From Deinococcales bacterium (lineage in GTDB: Bacteria; Deinococcota; Deinococci; Deinococcales; JAAFIG01): a stretch of DNA of 64,000 bases. Both the position numbers and the translations under genes were made by a program. Of the stretch, positions 20,489 through 30,227 are shown in pieces. Positions within the stretch are counted from its first letter, which is position 1, and the number at the start of each line of letters is the position of its first letter. The stretch is from contig JANNVX010000001.1 of the NCBI GenBank assembly GCA_031414595.1, forward strand, positions 1-64,000, written 5' to 3'. The notes beneath the pieces were generated by a model. It made no database searches and was not told the DNA's origin. It worked only from the letters and a program-made list of their open reading frames with translations.

Positions 20489-20679
20489 TTTTAACTCCGT
20501 TTGGCAATAAAGGACTGTTCTACTGGCTTAATTCCAGTAAATTCGTCAGGAGGGGATTCTCGAGGCAATCAAAAGTACGGTGTATGGTTTTTTACATTTG
20601 AATCTCCAGTCTTTTATTTTGGGCAATACTCGAGTTGGCGTTCAGGGTGAATCTGACGCTATGACCGACTTTGATTTTT

Positions 20680-20895
20680 TTACTCAGGGTAGTGAAAGAC
20701 ATCCTCGAGTTTGACTCTAAAAATCCTTGCAATTTGAAAAGCAATCTCGAGCGAAGGGGAGTATTTGCCTTGTTCAATGGCAATAATCGTTTGGCGGGTC
20801 ATGCCAATGCGGTCGGCTAAGTCGGCTTGGGTCATCTCGTTTTTTGCAAAGCGCAAGGCTCGAATTGAATTGGTGATTTGCGTGGTTTTTAGCAC
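20680..20895 (-). CDS. XRE-family HTH transcriptional regulator
   Basis: NSIRALRF..EMTQADLADRIGMTRQTIIAIEQGKYSPSLE; GTG overlaps the upstream gene end. Confidence 0.9.
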   Translation of the reverse strand: MLKTTQITNSIRALRFAKNEMTQADLADRIGMTRQTIIAIEQGKYSPSLEIAFQIARIFRVKLEDVFHYPE

Positions 20896-21314
20896 GGGTA
20901 GAACCCTTTTTTGTAATAAATTATTTTGACCACAGAGGTAATAATTGCCGAACCGACAAAGGCGAGGTACATGGTGTGGGCAATCCAAAAATGATTGAGT
21001 TTTAGCATTGCCATAATCACCACCGCCATACCCCCAATGGTCACAAGGAACTGTCCACTGTGTTCAGCTTCTTTAATGATTTCTTGGTCTCGAGCATCAC
21101 GTTTTTTGCCTTTTGGAGCGGTTGCTGCAATCAGTATTTCGCCAAAGATGGTGCTGATAATAGCGCTACCAATTGCAAGGAGCATCGGGCTGACATAAGC
21201 AATTTCGGTCAGTGGGGTACTCGAGCTTTGGCTGGTTAGCCAAATACAGTAGGCAATAAAGGCAATAATCGCAGTGCTTAAGAAAACCCAAGTCCACTTT
21301 TCTTCGTGTGTCAT
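20889..21314 (-). CDS. Membrane protein (DUF2178-like)
   Basis: 4 TM segments with a RDARDQEI loop; GGAGG RBS; precedes the XRE gene. Confidence 0.7.
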   Translation of the reverse strand: MTHEEKWTWVFLSTAIIAFIAYCIWLTSQSSSTPLTEIAYVSPMLLAIGSAIISTIFGEILIAATAPKGKKRDARDQEIIKEAEHSGQFLVTIGGMAVVIMAMLKLNHFWIAHTMYLAFVGSAIITSVVKIIYYKKGFYPC

Positions 21315-21327
21315 TTTCCTCCAATCA

Positions 21328-21394
21328 ATGTAAAAAATCTTTGACATGCTTTAATGTAAACTAATTCAGACAAAATGTCAAATATCTTTAACAT
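21328..21394. promoter_or_regulatory. Three ATGT(A/C)AA...ACA(T/A) operator-like imperfect palindromes
   Basis: 21328-21347 ATGTAAAAAATCTTTGACAT, 21354-21373 (degenerate), 21375-21394 ATGTCAAATATCTTTAACAT. Confidence 0.6.
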
Positions 21395-21439
21395 TGCTAA
21401 AAGCGTAAAATCCATCTGAGGATTGGCGACACCATCTGT

Positions 21440-22672
21440 TTAGAATTCGACGCTGTAGCCAGTGCCATCTTCGGAGCGCAGAATTTTACCGTTAATGTCC
21501 CACTGAAAGCCTTTACTGGACGCACTAAATGGGTCTATCGGCATTTTATCAAAGTACCTGCCCTCGAGAACCCCAAGGTTGGCTGGGGGTACGCCTTCGG
21601 TCAGGGCAGATGTGGCATGGAGCGCCAAACTGACTTGGGTGGCACGGTAGGCTTGGGTCAGTTTACAGGCTCTGGTTGCCAGTCCGTAAGGCGGTATCCA
21701 ACTTCTAAGTAGCGCATTACCGACACTATTCGCCGCTAATGGATTGGTATTTAGAAAAGCTGGGTCGGTCGGGCTTTGGGCATCTTTGGCTTCTGGGCAG
21801 TTGCCAGCCCGTTTTAAGATTCCCTCGAGCCAAAGCGTGTAGGTCTCGAGGGTTTTACCTGTTTGCAGCGAATAAGCACTGGGCATAAAACGCACAATTG
21901 GCGAACTGACATTGATTCGCAGGGTTTGCCCTGCGGTTTTGCCTGTGGCAGCATCGAGTGCCAACCTAAAAAAACGCCGTTCTGATTTTAGGCTCTCCTC
22001 GAGCGACAAGGGGTTTGGGGCTTGGGCTTGGAGTTCTTTAAGGATATTACGCCAAGTTTGATCATCGAAATTACTTTGGCGCATTGCGCCGCGCATTTGG
22101 GTTAAGACCAATTGCCCAAGGCTATCGCCCACGTCTAACTCGAGCAGCGAGCCTTTGGCATTACGAATTAGGTTCGCGGCTTTCCAGACCAAGAAATAAT
22201 CCTGCCAAGCCGATTTCGCGTCCCCGCTTTGTAAATATAAATTGGCTCGAAGCAAAACCAGTTCACTAAGTTGATGCCATGCTTTAACATCGCGGGGTAA
22301 GGCAGCCACATTGACCGCATCAAAATCGGCGTATTGTGGGTCTCTGGCACGACTGAGCGAATTAACCTTAGCAATACCGCTTTCAAAAGTTGCTATGGCA
22401 TCTAAATTACCGCTTGTCAAACGTGCCGCCTCGGACTGAATCCAATTACCAGGTTGTAAAAAAATCCGTGGTTCAATGCCTCGTAAATTCATTTTGGCGG
22501 CGGCTTCAGAAAAAAGTGCTAGTGCATTGGTATTTGTGGGAATTGTCTCCAGTTTCGGTTCTAAATTAACTCGAGGTGGACTGGCTTGGTCTGGAGCAAA
22601 TAACGGCAAACCAAAGTTAAAACCAAGCAGCAAGACCAACACAAAACCAACACCAATCAAAAATGGACGCAT
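21440..22672 (-). CDS. Hypothetical membrane-anchored/exported protein
   Basis: N-terminal hydrophobic helix; 410 aa; C-terminal P.DPF motif. Confidence 0.7.
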   Translation of the reverse strand: MRPFLIGVGFVLVLLLGFNFGLPLFAPDQASPPRVNLEPKLETIPTNTNALALFSEAAAKMNLRGIEPRIFLQPGNWIQSEAARLTSGNLDAIATFESGIAKVNSLSRARDPQYADFDAVNVAALPRDVKAWHQLSELVLLRANLYLQSGDAKSAWQDYFLVWKAANLIRNAKGSLLELDVGDSLGQLVLTQMRGAMRQSNFDDQTWRNILKELQAQAPNPLSLEESLKSERRFFRLALDAATGKTAGQTLRINVSSPIVRFMPSAYSLQTGKTLETYTLWLEGILKRAGNCPEAKDAQSPTDPAFLNTNPLAANSVGNALLRSWIPPYGLATRACKLTQAYRATQVSLALHATSALTEGVPPANLGVLEGRYFDKMPIDPFSASSKGFQWDINGKILRSEDGTGYSVEF

Positions 22673-22761
22673 GATAATGCCAAGTCTACCGCACCGACTC
22701 GAGGGCGGAGTGGTAAGAATGCCTATCGCAACTCGAGGCAGAAAAAGGCATAATGGAACGG

Positions 22762-25700
22762 ATGTCTGTCACCACGTTATCGCGTTATCAAGTGGTCAAG
22801 GAACTCGGCGCGGGAGCAATGGGTCGGGTCTCTTTGGCGTTGGATACAGCAACCGGCGAATTGGTGGCACTCAAACGTTTACACGAAATGGTGGCTTTGC
22901 AAGGTGGCGCTCGCTTGCGGCGTGAATCCAAGGCTTTAGAACGAATTAATGACCCCAATGTGGTTAAGGTGCTGGGTTACGGCGAAGATGAAGGCATTCC
23001 GTACTTGGTGATGGAATACGTCCGAGGCACAGATTTAACCCAGTTTGTAACTGAAAAACCGACCATAGACCGAATTGTGCAAGTCTTTATCGGCATTTGC
23101 AACGCACTGGCAGCCGTGCATGGACAAGGTATTATTCATAGGGACTTAAAACCAGACAATATCCGTGTAACCCTTGAAGGCGACGCTAAACTGATGGACT
23201 TTGGTTTGGCAAAATCCTTAGAAGGCACGGTTGCCTTGACTCGAGCCGGTGCAGTGGTTGGTACGGTCTTGTATATGGCACCCGAGCAGTGCAGGGGCGC
23301 TCAACTCGATTACCGTGCCGACTTGTACGCGCTGGGTGCAGTTTTATTTTGGGCTTTAACGGGCAGACCACCATTTACTGGCGACGGGCTTGCCCAAGTG
23401 ATTATGCAGCACATTCAAGCCCCACCGCCCAGACCGAGCAGCATCAATCCAAGTATCCCCGCGCCACTTGAACAGATCGTCTTAAAACTGATGGAAAAAA
23501 ATCCTGCCGAGCGCCCACCCAGTGCTTTAGCAGTCCGTGACCTTTTAATTGGTTTGTCGAATCAAACCATGGAAATTAACCTTTCAACCGAAGTGGCTCG
23601 AGCCGATGCGCTCCTTATTGCTCCGCTCATTGGGCGCGATGCCGAAATCGGTTTGCTGATGCCGCTTTTAGAAGAACCCGAACCAGTTTATGGGGTGTAT
23701 GCAATTACAGGTGATGTTGGCACAGGAAAAACTCGGTTAATCAAAGCCTTTTCAGAAACCGCCAGAGGCGCTGGAACACGTTTTGCCCCCGGAGAAGCCA
23801 TTCCAGACGACCCAACCCCTTTTGGCGCAATCTCGAGAATGATTGGCAACTTGCAAAAAAGCAATAAGAACTTTGTCGAGAACCTACCCGAGAACATCAA
23901 AGGCGAATTGGCACGGATTGTGCCGAGTCTAGGCAGTGCTGCCCCAAGCGACCCGAACCTTCCAGCCGATGTTGCCAGGTTACGCTTATTTGAAGCCTTT
24001 AGCGAATTCTTAGAACGGGTTTCTGAGATTACCGTGGTGGTTCTCGAGAATTTGCACTGGGCAGACGACAGCACCTTAGCAGCCCTTGCCCATGCCACTC
24101 GAGCCGTACAGAAACCACGTTTATTGGTCACATATCGGCTGGAGGATTTACCCGAAGGTCAAACCCTGCCCAAAGGCTTAGCCCGTCCGAGAACCCTGAT
24201 TAACCTTAAACCAATGTCGGACAACGACATGCGTGAACTCTTAAAATCATGGTTGGATGGCGACCTTGACAGCACTTTAGAAACCGAATTGGTCAATCAT
24301 GCGGCTGGCAACCCTTGGGTTCTCGAGGAACGCTTAAAAGCAATGCTTGAATCTGGGGCAATTTATCGTCAGAACGGGGTCTACCAATGGCAGCACTCGA
24401 TGCAGAGCTTGCCCGAGAGCCTGAACGATTTGCTCGCCCACCGCATCGAAGCCTTAAAACCAGATAGCCTCGAATTTGCCCGTGCTGCCAGTGTGCTTGG
24501 CAGGGCATGGCAGTACGAAGATGTACGGCAACTGCTTGAATGGGGCGATGACACTGCCCTCGATGCCTTAGAAAGCCTGACTCGAGCCAGACTCGTCACC
24601 GAAATCCCCGGTAGCAACGGCGAAGGTTTTAGATTTACCCACCCGCTCTATAGCGAAATTCTACTTGACGGTATCATCAGCCTCAAACGCCGTCGTCTGC
24701 ACAAAAAAGCCGCCATCCTGCTCGAGAACCGCGCCAGTCCAGTCGAACTTGCCAATCATCATTTTTATGCCGAGCAGTTTGAACAAGCCCTAACAAAAGC
24801 CGTTGAAGGTGGCTTAATTGCCCAGAGCAGCTTTGCGTACCCGCAAGCCGAACGCGCCTACCGTTTGGCACTTGAAGCCAATGCCAAATTAGCAACCGAA
24901 TCGCTCAAGGCTTTTGAAGCCCGTTTGCACTTGGGTGAAGTATTGAGCCACTCGGGACGCAACGACGAAGCCATTGCTTTCTGGCAATATGTGATAGACA
25001 ACGCGGCTACACTCGAGGGCAGCCAGAGCGTATTGGCTCAAACCCGCTTAAAATTTGGCAATGTGCTGCGTTTTTCGGGTTCGGTGGACAAAGCCCGCGA
25101 TATTATTGGGCAGTACGGTATAGACGACCCGTTTTATGAAGAACTGGAAATCGAAGCCAGTCATATCCACCGCTTAAAAAAAGATTTTATGACCGCCAAA
25201 CACCACGGACTCGAGGCGTTACGTGCCAGTAAACTTGCCCAAAATCCGCGTGGAACAGCACGGGCATTACTTGCTTTATCGCAACTCGAGGTGGCGTTGG
25301 GGAATTTAAGCCGAGCCACCAACCTTGCAAAAATTGCCACCACGATTGTCGAAACCACCGATGATGATTACCTAAAAACAATGGCATGGAATGACCTTGG
25401 CAGCCGTTACTACATGTTAGACCAACAAAAAGAACTGCTTTTTGCTTGGAATAAAGCCAGTGAATACGCCCAAAAAACAGGGGATGTTCGCTCGAGAATT
25501 GTGATTCAAACCAATCTGGCGCTCTCGATTGCTTCCGAAGAAGACTTTGAAGAAGCCAGAACCCGTTTCAAAGCCACCCGAGAAATGGCACTCCGAGCGG
25601 GGCTGTACGCCCAAGAAAAAACAATTCTCTATAACCTTGCCGAAACAGAATATGCGCTTGGCAACCTCGAAGTCGCCAGAGAACACTTTCAAGATGTCAA

Positions 25701-26169
25701 AAATAACGCTTATGAAAATGCTTCTAAAATTTGGGAATCCCGCATTACCTTAGAACTCGGCGATGGTTTTGTCTTTGAATTGCCCGAACTCGAAGGGCGT
25801 TTTGCCACCGAAAACAGGCGTTTACTCGAGGTGCTGTACGCCCTGTCCTTTGGCGATTACGAAAAAGCCTATGAAGACACCAGTCAAAGCAACACCGAAC
25901 AAGATTGGTTCTGGAATTTGTCCCGGGTTCATGCAGCTTGGCGATTAGGACACGACACCAGTCAAGCCTTGGCTGCACTGCGCCAACCTCCAGCCGAAAC
26001 CAAATTAGCTCCACATTTGCGATTAGCCTATCTTGATTTTGTACAACAACTCCTGCTCGAGAACACACCTGAACGAATCAAAACGCTGCGAATTCTCGCC
26101 GATAAATACCGAACTTCCAGTGTTGGCTTACTGGCGCGTGATGTACTTTTGACCTTACCAGAGGGCTAA
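22762..26169 (+). CDS. Ser/Thr protein kinase fused to a P-loop AAA/STAND-like ATPase and TPR-like repeats
   Basis: LGAGAMG, VALK, HRDLKPDN, DFG, YMAPE; LIGRDAE, GDVGTGKT, LENLHWAD, GNP, FTHPL. Confidence 0.9.
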   Translation: MSVTTLSRYQVVKELGAGAMGRVSLALDTATGELVALKRLHEMVALQGGARLRRESKALERINDPNVVKVLGYGEDEGIPYLVMEYVRGTDLTQFVTEKPTIDRIVQVFIGICNALAAVHGQGIIHRDLKPDNIRVTLEGDAKLMDFGLAKSLEGTVALTRAGAVVGTVLYMAPEQCRGAQLDYRADLYALGAVLFWALTGRPPFTGDGLAQVIMQHIQAPPPRPSSINPSIPAPLEQIVLKLMEKNPAERPPSALAVRDLLIGLSNQTMEINLSTEVARADALLIAPLIGRDAEIGLLMPLLEEPEPVYGVYAITGDVGTGKTRLIKAFSETARGAGTRFAPGEAIPDDPTPFGAISRMIGNLQKSNKNFVENLPENIKGELARIVPSLGSAAPSDPNLPADVARLRLFEAFSEFLERVSEITVVVLENLHWADDSTLAALAHATRAVQKPRLLVTYRLEDLPEGQTLPKGLARPRTLINLKPMSDNDMRELLKSWLDGDLDSTLETELVNHAAGNPWVLEERLKAMLESGAIYRQNGVYQWQHSMQSLPESLNDLLAHRIEALKPDSLEFARAASVLGRAWQYEDVRQLLEWGDDTALDALESLTRARLVTEIPGSNGEGFRFTHPLYSEILLDGIISLKRRRLHKKAAILLENRASPVELANHHFYAEQFEQALTKAVEGGLIAQSSFAYPQAERAYRLALEANAKLATESLKAFEARLHLGEVLSHSGRNDEAIAFWQYVIDNAATLEGSQSVLAQTRLKFGNVLRFSGSVDKARDIIGQYGIDDPFYEELEIEASHIHRLKKDFMTAKHHGLEALRASKLAQNPRGTARALLALSQLEVALGNLSRATNLAKIATTIVETTDDDYLKTMAWNDLGSRYYMLDQQKELLFAWNKASEYAQKTGDVRSRIVIQTNLALSIASEEDFEEARTRFKATREMALRAGLYAQEKTILYNLAETEYALGNLEVAREHFQDVKNNAYENASKIWESRITLELGDGFVFELPELEGRFATENRRLLEVLYALSFGDYEKAYEDTSQSNTEQDWFWNLSRVHAAWRLGHDTSQALAALRQPPAETKLAPHLRLAYLDFVQQLLLENTPERIKTLRILADKYRTSSVGLLARDVLLTLPEG

Positions 26170-26236
26170 TGTAGGTTTTGTAACGCTTTTGTGACGCTTG
26201 TGATGTAGAATGACCTTGTATATTCAAGGAGGCTTT

Positions 26237-26920
26237 ATGAAAATGAAAGTTATGTTGGGTTTGGTCGCCGTTTCGTTACTCGCTTCGTGTGGTTTGATTA
26301 AAACCCCACCAATTGTTTTACAAGACACCACCAAAACACCCAACCCTACCGTTGGCGGTGGAGCGCTTGGAATTGATGGTAAGGGTGCGCCGCTTGACCT
26401 CTCTAAAGGCGGTATCGCGCTTCAAGGCACAAAAAATGGGGTTGTGATTGCATCAGGTACATTTGCTGATGTCACAGACCAACAAGTTAAAGACAATATT
26501 GCCCGTTTAGCTGAATGGGGCTACACCCAAACCATGCCAACCGCAACTTTGAGCGGTGCAAATTGCCCCGCCAGCTTTGCCATGACCAATGCCAGCTTTA
26601 CAGCCACAATCAGCGACGCAGGTGGGACTGCTGGAGCAACCCGCAGCGCTTCAGCCACAACCAGTGTTGCTTCGGTTAGCTTTGCTGCACAATCAGCTGG
26701 AGGCTGTACCTACAATGCCACCGTCAATGGCGCGGCGGCAGCAGTTACAGGGATTTTAACAGGAACAGGACTCGCAACCCTTGGTCAAATTATCATCAAT
26801 GGTGGCGCTAATACTGCCAGCCTGACAGGTACATACACCACCCCAGACACATTGGCTGGTCGCACCCTAACCATCAACTTTGGTGGCTCGAGTTCGTATG
26901 TGATTGCCACAATCCTCTAA
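26237..26920 (+). CDS. Lipoprotein, hypothetical (T/A/G/S-rich)
   Basis: AGGAGG RBS; lipobox LLASC. Confidence 0.8.
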   Translation: MKMKVMLGLVAVSLLASCGLIKTPPIVLQDTTKTPNPTVGGGALGIDGKGAPLDLSKGGIALQGTKNGVVIASGTFADVTDQQVKDNIARLAEWGYTQTMPTATLSGANCPASFAMTNASFTATISDAGGTAGATRSASATTSVASVSFAAQSAGGCTYNATVNGAAAAVTGILTGTGLATLGQIIINGGANTASLTGTYTTPDTLAGRTLTINFGGSSSYVIATIL

Positions 26921-26929
26921 ATTTAGCCT

Positions 26930-26963
26930 AAAAAAAGACAAGCCAATTGGCTTGTCTTTTTTT
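26930..26963. terminator. Bidirectional intrinsic terminator
   Basis: AAAAAAAGACAAGCCAATTGGCTTGTCTTTTTTT perfect palindrome. Confidence 0.85.
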
Positions 26964-27044
26964 ATTCTTGGTGCAGTTTTTAGGCTTCTCGAGCCGCCAA
27001 AAATTCCTTACTCAAGATATTCAAATCGGTTAAACTTTATTGCA

Positions 27045-27875
27045 ATGCAGACATTCTTGTTTGGCGAGGACATACCCAGTGTTAAAGAGTTATCGCCACC
27101 ACTTAAATGGGCTGGTGGCAAACGTTGGCTTGTGCCACAATTGCGCGAGGTTTGGGCGCACCATGCCCACCGTCGTTTGGTAGAACCTTTTTCGGGCGGA
27201 TTAGCCATTGCTTTAGGTTTGATGCCTAAAGATGCACTCTTAAACGACATTAACCCGCATCTCATCAACTTCTATCACTGGTTACAAAAAGGATTAAAGC
27301 TCGAGTTAAAACCACAACACGACGAAACTTATTTTTACCAAAAACGGCAACGGTTTAACGATTTGGTGCTGACTAAGCAAGAAACAAGCCAAGAAGCCGC
27401 CGAGCTTTTCTATTATTTGAATCGCACCTGCTTTAATGGGTTATGTCGTTTTAACAAAAGTGGCGGCTTCAATGTGCCGTTTGGCAAATACACAACCATT
27501 AACTACGCAACTGACTTCCTCGAGTACCGAAGTCTCGTGCAGTCTTGGAATTTCACCATCGGAGACTTCGAGAAAATCACCCTTGAGCCTGATGATTTTG
27601 TCTATGCCGACCCGCCATACGATGTTGAATTCACCACCTATAGTGCTGGTGGCTTCACATGGGATGACCAAATTCGGGTTGCCAGATGGTTAGCCGCTCA
27701 TACAGGGGTAGTCATCACTTCTAATCAAGCCACACCAAGAATTATTGACCTTTACACCCAACTTGGTTTTCAAATAAAAACACTCGAAGCACCACGCCGC
27801 ATCTCATCATCTGGCGACAGAACCCCAGCCCTTGAAATGCTGGCGTATAGGAACACAATATGGAACGAGAAATAG
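27045..27875 (+). CDS. dam: Dam-family DNA adenine methyltransferase (alpha class)
   Basis: PLKWAGGK, EPFSGG, NDIN, NGLCRFNKSGGFNVPFGKY, YADPPY. Confidence 0.88.
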   Translation: MQTFLFGEDIPSVKELSPPLKWAGGKRWLVPQLREVWAHHAHRRLVEPFSGGLAIALGLMPKDALLNDINPHLINFYHWLQKGLKLELKPQHDETYFYQKRQRFNDLVLTKQETSQEAAELFYYLNRTCFNGLCRFNKSGGFNVPFGKYTTINYATDFLEYRSLVQSWNFTIGDFEKITLEPDDFVYADPPYDVEFTTYSAGGFTWDDQIRVARWLAAHTGVVITSNQATPRIIDLYTQLGFQIKTLEAPRRISSSGDRTPALEMLAYRNTIWNEK

Positions 27876-28483
27876 CACTGGCACGCTTTGCAGAACTGAT
27901 TGGGCAGGATTTACGACCACTTGCCCAGACCTACGAAGTGACCTTTATTGCAAAAAACGGCAAAATTAACAAAGGTTGGGCTGGTCATGTTGCCGAGCGT
28001 TATTTAGGGCTGCCACTGAACTCATCTCGAGCGCCTAATTTTGGCTCGTGGGAACTTAAAGTTGTGCCGTTTAAGTACCTCAAAAATGGGCTGCTTGTTC
28101 CCAAAGAAACAATGGCAATCACGATGCTTGACCCGTTTGAAGTGGCAGGAAAAACATTTACCGAAAGCCACCTTTACACAAAACTGAGAAAGCAAATTAT
28201 TCTTGCCCGAATTTTTGTAGACCAAGCCGAAACGACTTCTTTGGTTTATGGAGTAAAAGCCTTTGATTTAGGCGACACCGAGTTATTTCAAACCGTTGAA
28301 GCAGATTACAACCTGATTCGTGAGGCAATCCTTGACGGCGTTCCCTTGACTGGAAGCATGGGCAAACTGATTCAACCCAGAACCAAAGGACAAGGTGGTG
28401 CAGCCCCAAAAACTCGAGCTTTTTATGCAAGAAAAGAATTTTTAACTTCGGTCTTTAGGGGTAAGTACGATTTAGCGGTCTAA
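27860..28483 (+). CDS. MutH/Sau3AI-like endonuclease
   Basis: NKGWAGHVAERYLG, PNF..WELK, PKETMAIT, IQPRTKG, TRAFYARK; overlaps the methylase stop. Confidence 0.78.
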   Translation: MEREIALARFAELIGQDLRPLAQTYEVTFIAKNGKINKGWAGHVAERYLGLPLNSSRAPNFGSWELKVVPFKYLKNGLLVPKETMAITMLDPFEVAGKTFTESHLYTKLRKQIILARIFVDQAETTSLVYGVKAFDLGDTELFQTVEADYNLIREAILDGVPLTGSMGKLIQPRTKGQGGAAPKTRAFYARKEFLTSVFRGKYDLAV

Positions 28484-28485
28484 AT

Positions 28486-28848
28486 TTAGAAGATTGGTTC
28501 GTCTTTGATGGTGGCAACTTCTAGTGGCAACTGTACAGCCAGCCAATGCGGTAAATTCATCGTTAGTTCTTTTACAGGTAAGTCTAATAGTGGTAAGTGA
28601 AAACCGTACTGATGACCTTCTGGTAAGCAGTACAGCGCAGCAATACGCAATTGACAAACCATTTCAGAATCGTTGGAAAGCCAGAAATCTATGTCATCAT
28701 TAATTTGATAATCTAATGTTTCTTTGTCGTACCAGACACCAACAGAAGCCAAATGAGTTTTCAATGGATGCTCATTTAAGTTTAGAGCCTGAACTTGGGT
28801 TGGATTGAGACCATTTGTAAAAGCAACTTGAATTTGCGTTTCAGACAT
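28486..28848 (-). CDS. Hypothetical protein (120 aa)
   Basis: GAGGTG RBS before MSETQIQ; AT-rich. Confidence 0.6.
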   Translation of the reverse strand: MSETQIQVAFTNGLNPTQVQALNLNEHPLKTHLASVGVWYDKETLDYQINDDIDFWLSNDSEMVCQLRIAALYCLPEGHQYGFHLPLLDLPVKELTMNLPHWLAVQLPLEVATIKDEPIF

Positions 28849-28939
28849 AATTACACCTCTAAAGCAGTATAGCATAATTATTACCAAAAAACCATAAACA
28901 GAAGTTTTTATTTTTGCAAATAAACGAATGTTGAGTTTC

Positions 28940-28979
28940 CCATTTTTTAAACTTTGACCGAAGCAGCCATGTTTTTCAT
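28940..28979 (-). pseudogene. AbiEii toxin N-terminal remnant
   Basis: ATGA-coupled to abiEi; reads MKNMAASVKV*, with LKN in a shifted frame (AbiEii proteins typically start ..N.AASV.ARL.N). Confidence 0.55.
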
Positions 28980-29584
28980 GCCAGTACCGTTTCGGTATAA
29001 GAACGCATTTTTTGTTCGACCAAGCAGACTTTGGCGGCGGCAAAAAGTTTTTTTAAGTCACGGTCGGAATGGTTTAAGTAGCTTTTTAAGGCTTCAAGAA
29101 AAATACTTCGTTCAATCCGGTGACTTAAATGCAGCACGTCAGCTAAAGTTTTTTCTTTGGAATAAATCCGAATTTGTCCGCCACCAACAGCATAGGTTTG
29201 GATACCATACTCAAATTGTTGAGGCGAAAAATAGTACAAAGCAAGCGGGGGATACTCGAGTTTAGGACGACGAGCTTTATTGGCAATGGCTAAGTGAATT
29301 TCAGATGGTACAACCGTCCCTAACTGATAAAAAGCCAAAGCTGAAAGGCAACAAATCACCGCCTTGGGAATTCGCAGCATCACCTCGAGCAAATGGTCTT
29401 GGTCTGTACCAGCACTACCAACCAAGCGGTACACACCGTACTGAGTGCGTTCCAACAAACCAAGTTTGGTGTAGTAAGAAAGCCAATGGGCTGGCAAATC
29501 AGTCCCTTGAATCATTTTGGTGGACACCAAACCGTGATGCTGAGCAAATAGGCTCGAAAGGGCTTGTGGTAGAACAGTATTCAT
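28976..29584 (-). CDS. abiEi: Type IV TA antitoxin AbiEi family
   Basis: GLLERTQYGVYRL, AVICCLSALAFYQL, IRIYSKEKTLAD. Confidence 0.85.
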   Translation of the reverse strand: MNTVLPQALSSLFAQHHGLVSTKMIQGTDLPAHWLSYYTKLGLLERTQYGVYRLVGSAGTDQDHLLEVMLRIPKAVICCLSALAFYQLGTVVPSEIHLAIANKARRPKLEYPPLALYYFSPQQFEYGIQTYAVGGGQIRIYSKEKTLADVLHLSHRIERSIFLEALKSYLNHSDRDLKKLFAAAKVCLVEQKMRSYTETVLA

Positions 29585-29625
29585 AAAGTGTCGGTAGTTT
29601 ACCATAATTACCGACACTTTATGAA
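29580..29625. promoter_or_regulatory. Long inverted repeat, putative AbiEi operator
   Basis: TTCATAAAGTGTCGGTA-N12-TACCGACACTTTATGAA, 17-bp perfect arms overlapping the abiEi start. Confidence 0.7.
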
Positions 29626-29636
29626 ATTATTAGAAT

Positions 29637-30227
29637 TTAGGCTTCTCGAGCCGCCGCTATAAAAGCCCTGATTTTACTCGCATCTTTAATTCCAGCCGTA
29701 CTTTCTACGCCACTCGAGACATCTACACCCCAAGGCTTAAGTTGCTGCACAGCCTGTCTAACATTGTCTGGATTTAAGCCGCCCGCCAGTAGCCAACGCC
29801 GATTTTTAAGGTGTGAAGTGTCCACTGCCCTCCAATCAAAGACTTGTCCAGACCCCGCCTCAAGACCGTCCAAGAGCAGGGTTTGGGCTGGTGGCATGAC
29901 CATTTGCAGTTGGTAGGAAACAGCCCGAATGACTGGGAAGTGCTGCTCGAGACGGGTCACAAATTCATCGGTTTCTGAGCCGTGTAGCTGTACTGCACTC
30001 AGTTGCACTTGCCGAGCAGTTTGCACTATCTCCTCGAGTGAAACATTTCTAAAAACCCCAATTCTCGAGACCAAGCCACTGATTTGACTCGAGATTCGTG
30101 CCGCATTGACTGGCAAAATATAGCGTTTGGTGTTTGGCACAAAAATAAAACCAATCGCATCTGCCCCAGCTTCTTCACATGCCAGTGCATCCTCAAACCT
30201 TGTGATGCCACAAATTTTTATTCGCAT
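29637..30227 (-). CDS. trpF: Phosphoribosylanthranilate isomerase
   Basis: IKICGIT, VQLHGSE, GSGQVFDW, LAGGL, GVDVSSGVE. Confidence 0.95.
   Translation of the reverse strand: MRIKICGITRFEDALACEEAGADAIGFIFVPNTKRYILPVNAARISSQISGLVSRIGVFRNVSLEEIVQTARQVQLSAVQLHGSETDEFVTRLEQHFPVIRAVSYQLQMVMPPAQTLLLDGLEAGSGQVFDWRAVDTSHLKNRRWLLAGGLNPDNVRQAVQQLKPWGVDVSSGVESTAGIKDASKIRAFIAAAREA

Noticed and set aside
27045-27875. Methylase as the CTCGAG-specific enzyme
   Set aside because: Its target-recognition hairpin matches GATC-specific Dam; XhoI/PaeR7I-type methylases have a different motif order.
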